From assembly GCF_036321535.1 (NCBI RefSeq), contig NC_087447.1:36768001-36832000 (forward strand): a stretch of 64,000 nt of DNA. Direction: 5' to 3'. The position numbers and the translations under genes are program-made. The stretch is from Camelus dromedarius (Eukaryota). Numbering within the stretch: position 1 is the stretch's first letter; each line of letters opens with the position of its first letter. The notes under the pieces were generated by a model. The model was not told the DNA's origin. It worked only from the letters and a program-made list of their open reading frames with translations, and did not search any database. Below, in pieces: positions 54,401-64,000 of this stretch.

Positions 54401-56244
54401 AATACAGAATCACGGCACTCTTCTCTTCCAGCGTCCCTGGCTGCCTGTAAATTGCTGTGAATGGGGCTGTGGGCTGACAGGCTCTATTAAGACAAACTGC
54501 CTTTCTCATCGGAGAGATAAAATAAATCAGGTGTTTAGTCAAATTAAAATACTTCAGCTGGAGCAGGCCCTGGGGAGCACTGATCCACCTGACTAATCTG
54601 AGAGAAACTCAAGACAGATGTGGTTTGGGGATAAAGACGACCCCATGGAAAAAGAAAAAAAAAGCAACTAAAAACAAGAAACCTGCTGCACTGTCTTTGG
54701 AGTTGGAGGCTAGATACAGTTTATAGCGGAGAGTGTCAGGCGCAGACCGTGTGTGATACTGGATAAAAGCAAGCACCTTGACTTGTAGAGAAGCTGTGTA
54801 TGGACGCTTTTTTCTGGTTCCCTTTTTTCAGTTTATGAAACTACCCCTGTCTTTTTGTGGGGGAGAGACTATTTTCTGGCAATGCTTCTTAGAGAAGCAT
54901 TTTAAGATAGCCTCAAAAGATGTGAAACAGATGATGTTCCGCAGCTACTGATGACCTCTGCTGGCCTGGGCAGACCCTCAGGATCTGATCTACTTTTTTT
55001 TTTAAAGTTGGTTTTCACCAAACCTTGGAACATAATTTAAGACAAGATTTTCTAGATAGAGTTAGACAACCTCATAAAAGCATTCAATATGGTCGTTTGC
55101 CTTCCTTAACATGTATTTAGGTTGCCCCACTAAGCCTCATAAATTGTCTACTTTTTCAACAACTCTGGCAATTTTCGTTCCTTTGCCGTTGCAAAGCTTC
55201 ACGTTCAATTAAATGAGTATTTTCTGAGATGAAGTGACATGTGTTTGAAGGTTGGTTGGTCAGTGTGATTTGGACTTGATGTTATTTTTATTATAACAAG
55301 CATATATACATTAACTGTTAATTAAAACAAAAATCCAGCACCACAAATTTTAAATACCTGGGTTTAAACCACTGTATATGAACAAATACAGTGAGTACAG
55401 AACAGAAAAATGACTACACACACATACACACACACACAAATTAACCTACACATTTAGAGAATGTAAGCTGTTGTGTGGTATAAATTGATTTCTTGTTAAC
55501 TTGGCCCCCCCAGGGGCTAATGGCTGTGTACATTTCCCATTTGGGGGCAATTTTAGATTTGTTGTACTACTACATTTCATTCCAACTGCAGTTATCATGC
55601 CACTTGTATCTATTCCAAATATGTATGTGCTCCTCAAACTTAAAGAAAAGATAGCAACAGCCTTATATGAGTACCTACCTAACTCCTTCATTTAAAAATA
55701 CTGATCTCTGGCTTGTTTTCTTCTCAAGTTTGATGAAAACCTTATTTAGATGTCATTGAATTTTTACAATTAACTTGAATGTCATGCTGATTATTTAAAA
55801 AGATCCAGTTAAATGGTGTTGTTCTGTAAGTTCAGATATACATGTCTATTAGCATTGGAAGCACCAATGCGTTTATAGACCTGTTGGCTTCACCTTGAAC
55901 AGAAGAGACTTTGAAGACATTTATGTGTTGCCTGTGCAGAGGAGAAAGGGGAATATATTAAAAAGACACTGTTTAACCTGAGAGAGAGAGAACAATTTCC
56001 AGTCTTTACTGGGGAATCTAAATACCAGATCCAGCTCTTGTGTTGGTCCTTGCCCAAAATTTCCTACAAATGCTCTTCTTTATTAGCAAAGAATTATGGT
56101 ACAGTAACTTTCCTGGTGTCCAATAAGTCTTAACTTACTTCCTGTACATAGGTATAACAAGAAAATTGCATGTAGATCAGAATGTTGCAAAACTATGCAT
56201 GTAATAAAATGTGTGTAGAGCCCATTTAACTGTTCTCATAACTT

Positions 56245-56810
56245 CCAAACTATTCTCCACACTGTAGCCAGAATAACTATATCATCCCCTGTTTAAAGTG
56301 CTTCAATAATTTTGAAGTATTCTTAGAATAAATATGAAGCTCATCAAGCATGGTCTGTAAGGTGCTGAATGGTATGACCTCTTCCAACATCTCTAGCCTC
56401 ATCTAGTCCTCTACTCCTCTTTATTTTTCTTAAATTTTGCTACCATCTTTCAATTCCTGGAACACACTGATGCTCTCCACCACCACCTGCCCCCTCATAG
56501 GGCCTCTGCCTCTGTTGTTTTCTCCTGGAAAGCTCCTTGACCACCCTCCTACTCTGCCTAGTTAACTCTTTGTCTTCCTGTTAACTTGTTACTTTTTCAG
56601 GCATAACTTCCCTACACTTGAGTCTCCCAAACTTGGTTAAGCCTCACCCTAAATATCTGTCTTGTTTGTAACTGTCATTGGTAGTTTACATGTATAGGTG
56701 TGATTACTTGATTAAGGTGAGTGTAGGGAGCTCTGTCTGCTTTTTCTTGCCAAGGTATTGGTATCCTTAGTTCTTGATATAGTACCTGAGATTCAGAAGA
56801 TATTTTTCAA
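56245..56810 (+). mobile_element. L2 3' region
   Basis: ttctccacactgtagccaga, catctctagcctcatct, ttcctggaacacac, ctcatagggcctctg, gcctagttaactc. Confidence 0.75.
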
Positions 56811-56822
56811 TTAAAAATTAAT

Positions 56823-56944
56823 CACTTATGGTGAAAAAGAATATGAAAACAAATATATGTATGTTCATGTATAACTGAAGCATTATGTACACCAGAAATT
56901 GACACTTGTAAACTGATTATACGTCAATAAAAATATATATATAT
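56823..56944 (+). mobile_element. 122-bp L1 3'-terminal stub (lineage-specific), sense to SOX6
   Basis: Homologous to 2688-2800 (gaaaaagaatatg...tgtacaccagaaattgacac...caataaaa). TSD aaaattaat at 56814-56822 and 56945-56953. Confidence 0.85.
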
Positions 56945-58617
56945 AAAATTAATGAAATGAGTAAATAAGCAAATTTCATACTTGTTTGGTATCATCTCAT
57001 TCCTATAGATCATTAACATTTATATTAGTTGAGCTTGTGGTTTTGAAGAGATTTTATGATCGCCTCCAGGGACCTACTTTTGTATTTTAATGTTTCTGGA
57101 TCGAGAAGTTCTTTTTTTTATGAAGCTGAAATTCCTAATCCTGAAATATAAACTCATTTAAAAAAAAAACACTTTCAGTAGCTAGAAAGCACAGCTGGTC
57201 ACTATCCTTGACACAGTATTTGTTTCCTTATCAGTGGAGTACATTTTCTAACATCATCTTACTATCTTATTTTTCTTTTAATTTTGATTTTAGGCCACCT
57301 TTCAGCTCAGTGAATCTTCAAAGGATGTGGGATATTGACAGTTTGTTTATTTACTTATTTTTACTTATTTCTTAAGGGCTTAAACTGGCATTCATTGTAC
57401 CAAGATGGTTCTAAATATTACAGCATCTCTGCTGATATCAGTCTTCCCTTGTGAGAATCGTAACTAGTGAGGACTAGCCAACATCCTCTGAAGGCTCTCT
57501 TTCTCCATGGGCCCACTCAAAACATAGGCCCACTCCTAATTAAAAATTTTCAGTTTCTCAACTTGTCCGGGTGCTTTCTTAGCAAGAATGAGGAGGGTTT
57601 CATAAGGAGATTGGAAATCTCCTCTTCAACATACACACAAAAAAATCGGCAATCTTTATCTCTTTTGACAGCTGGTGGCATCTTTATGAAAAGCTTTCAA
57701 ATCATAGATCATTTCTTCCATAATGAAACCTATGTGGCTCAAACACAGTGGGTTGAAATTCTTATCTTATGTTGCAGTGAAATGCTCTAATTTAGATTCA
57801 CAAAAGGATTCTGTACCCTTTACTTAGGAGAGCTGTGCAATTTGCCCATAAATAGACTGCTCAGCACCATTAGTGCATACCGTAAGTGTGCAGCGACATC
57901 GTAACCTTTTCAACCTCAAATGTTTTTTCCCTTTGAAGAATGACAAATGACAAAGGAGTGAGGGAGTCCTCCAAGCAACATTGTTGCCTTTAAGGATAAA
58001 CTTGGGAACTTTAGCTTGATCCCCTCACAAGAAAAAAAAATCAGTTTCAATCCTTTCTTACCTGAGGCAAGAACTGTAGAACTCTGTAGTACTTGTCCCG
58101 TGGCCAAGAGAGTGACCCCTGACTCCTGAGTTTCAGAAACAAATTCTTGCATAACAGAAAAATTTTATGAGGGCAGTGATCAAAAAAATCCTTAAGTAAC
58201 TTTTATTAAGCACCTACTATGTCTTAGATCCTCTGTCAGTCACTGAGGGTAAAGATGATTATAGAATATTAATATAACCCAGAATTTCTACTCTTTGGTA
58301 CTAAATAGCGTAAGATTCCTAGCTTGATCAGATAGATTCGGGTTAGGAGGGAAGGGGAATGTGATGAAAGGGAGAGGATGAAGTAGGTAGTTCTGCTTTG
58401 TTTTCTTTTGTTTTAAAGAGTGAGGGGGAAGAGTGAGTGAGAATTTTATTGGCAACAATCCCTTTTCTTCGCAGGGGTAATGACTAACCCCAGTGTTCGT
58501 TCCACTGCTACTCTGTAGTGTCCCTGCACTCACAATGACCTCCATTTATTGTCCCAGATATTGTAGTGTCTTAGGAAAGCCCCTTTCTAAATCTGCCCAC
58601 CCCACCCCCTTCCCTAA

Positions 58618-61671
<3,054 letters not shown>

Positions 61672-61740
61672 ATTGCAAGACAACAGCAGCAACTTCTGCA
61701 ACAGCAGCACAAAATTAATCTCCTGCAGCAACAGATCCAG
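61672..61740 (+). CDS. SOX6: SOX6 coding exon (69 nt, phase 0-0), Q-box IARQQQQLLQQQHKINLLQQQIQ
   Basis: Acceptor ctttatttctgatag; donor CAG|gtcagt. In frame with the preceding exon and matches the SoxD glutamine-rich coiled coil. Absent from the ORF track because it is short. Confidence 0.96.
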
Positions 61741-64000
61741 GTCAGTGTATTTTATTACTCTCGACTGATTGTGCTTAGATACTTTCCTCCTTGTAAATGG
61801 AATTTAAAATGTTGCAAGTGCACCCTTCTCTTATAAACAGCACCAACAGGGCTGTTCTTCAGGGATGTTGTATTCAATTGTATAAGTGGATGTAGGAAAT
61901 ACTGACTAGGTGGTGGTCAAAGCATTCTTTTCTGATGCGATGCGTAAGCAGAATAAACTTTATCTTTTTTTCCTTCTGCCATTTGCCTAACCACAATCTA
62001 GTAGAAATCTAATGGTTTCCAAGGTAGCATACAAATGCTAGTTTTATTGCCACAAACTACTTTCTACTTTGTTTTTTACCATCTAATAATGTCATGGGTA
62101 GAAGCTTATGTTTATTTGCTTGTTAGGACTGCCTAATTGGGCTAATTATGAGAAGAATCTTATGACCTAGGAAAAGGTTGGTAGTAATTTGTTCTTTAAC
62201 AAATATTAAGTGCATTTATTTTATTAATATAAAAATTAATAAATAATTGTCTGTCTTCAAGGAGTGTATAGTCTAAAAAGGAAGAAAAACTTGTTCCTGA
62301 CTAATTGTAACACAACTTAGAAATTCCTTTTTTTTTTGTGGCAGGATAACACAATAGGTAGGTCATAATGACAATGGCCTGGGAAGGAGTTCTGTTTTCT
62401 GTCATTCCTTTAGAAATTGATGGTTAATTCAGCTATTTGAGATAGGTAAGGGAAGTGGTCTCCATTTTTTTAATAAGAACATAGGTGTGTAACTTCTAGA
62501 AAGCCTTAGAATAAGCAGCTGGTTGTCTGCTGATTAATCCTCAGGAACGCTGACCCCAGAGTTATATATGCCCACCATAGCCTCATTGATTTCTCTTGGT
62601 TGCTGTGGATATTTTCTAACCACAGGGATCTATAATTCAGCCTAGTTAGGGCAGTATATTCTGAATTATATTAGTTTTTCCTTGAGATTGGTATTACACC
62701 TTCCTGTATTTTTAAAAAATCATTTGCATAAAGTCATAGCTTACTCTAATCTTCACCTCACTGATGAAATCCAATGATTTTAACTTAGATCTTTGCTTCA
62801 TTTTTGTAATCACACTTAGTGTTCCAGGTAGTAGTCACTGCATTTGAAATTCTGATTTGGTCCCTGAAAACGTACCTGTACCTAATTTGGCATTTTGTCC
62901 AGCTATCTTTACTAGGAGGTTTTAGCCAGTGTTTGTTGTTGTGTTTGTTTTTCCATCAGTTCTGATACTATATTCCATACTCAAGTCTATATGCTTCAAA
63001 CTAGAGCTCAAACATAGAGGAGATGGAATGTCTCTGGCATCTTTGACAGTCAGCCTTTACAATTAAGTCCTGGAATAATTTCTCATCCTGATATCTTTCT
63101 TATGACTCATGCTGAGATCCTTAATTAAATAACTGTCCAGGTGTTTCCTTGTTCTGCCCTTATTAGAATTTTCAGTGTGTCTCCTACTGCTAAGGTCAAG
63201 ATTTTTAGCCTGTGGCCTCCTACATTTTTCTCTAGATCCCTCTCTAAGAACTCAGTAGGTGTTAAATAACCTGATCATTTAGTTCTCTGTTTCTCCTATT
63301 TGTTAAGCAGGAATAGAAGAAATTCCCTGAGATGTTCCCATATCAGTTCCTTATTGTTAATGCTTTTTACTACCTCTTTATTTCTTGCTTCTTTATTTTG
63401 GTTGTATTTCACTTCTTAGTCCAAAGTTGTTTGTATTAAGTGGCTGTCTTAATTGATGTTTGCCTGTGGTACTGAGGATCTCAGATGAATAGTAGCCAAA
63501 TTAATTCAAAGTATTTTAATGAAATATTATAGGTATTTATTGATTATGTATGATTTTATAGCTATAAATCAACTATTTAAAATTGATTTTTTTCTGAAAA
63601 CTATAGAACATGATCTTAAATTATTCATCAGAATGTTCAATTTGAGAAGATGGGAAAATTGATTTTTCAAGTTTTCTAATAGAAGTTTAATTGCTTTTAA
63701 ATTTTGTAGATAGTCCTCATTGTTTAAATTTTTAAAAATTTAAGCTAGTCAGAACTTGATCTCAGCAGTATAAATTATAAAATGATACAGACTGAAAATA
63801 TCAGTTACATTAATCTTAGAAATATGGGATTCTTTGTAACAACAATTCATATTTTAAAAAATAAGAGGAAGCAATAACCTGTATTTGCAGTTCATTCTGT
63901 CTTCAGCTACTGCTTCACTGCATATCTTGTCAGTGTTAATCTTATCAGTATGAGACCATTCAAAGAATTTTCCAAATACTGAAAAACACTTACTTCTTAC

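Overview
Mammalian genomic DNA, most likely from a camelid judging by three vic-1-like tRNA-derived SINEs. The whole window lies inside the SOX6 gene on the + strand. It contains three coding exons: 12118-12207 (90 nt), 58670-58842 (173 nt) and 61672-61740 (69 nt). They have canonical AG/GT boundaries and splice in frame to [111 protein letters not shown], the SoxD leucine-zipper/Q-box coiled coil. The rest is AT-rich intron (one complete 46.5 kb intron, one 2.8 kb intron) filled with L1, L2, MIR, ERVL/MaLR LTRs, hAT and Tigger DNA-transposon fossils and microsatellites, plus several repeat-free blocks that may be enhancers. Nearly all ORFs in the supplied track are spurious or L1-derived. I found no convincing new biological system. 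The most interesting items are an internally deleted, TSD-bounded antisense L1 retaining both ends, a chimeric old/young L1, an identical AGGTACA at both ends of the large intron, and candidate regulatory motif clusters. Repeat family names come from recalled consensus sequences, not a database search, and boundaries are approximate unless a TSD is given.
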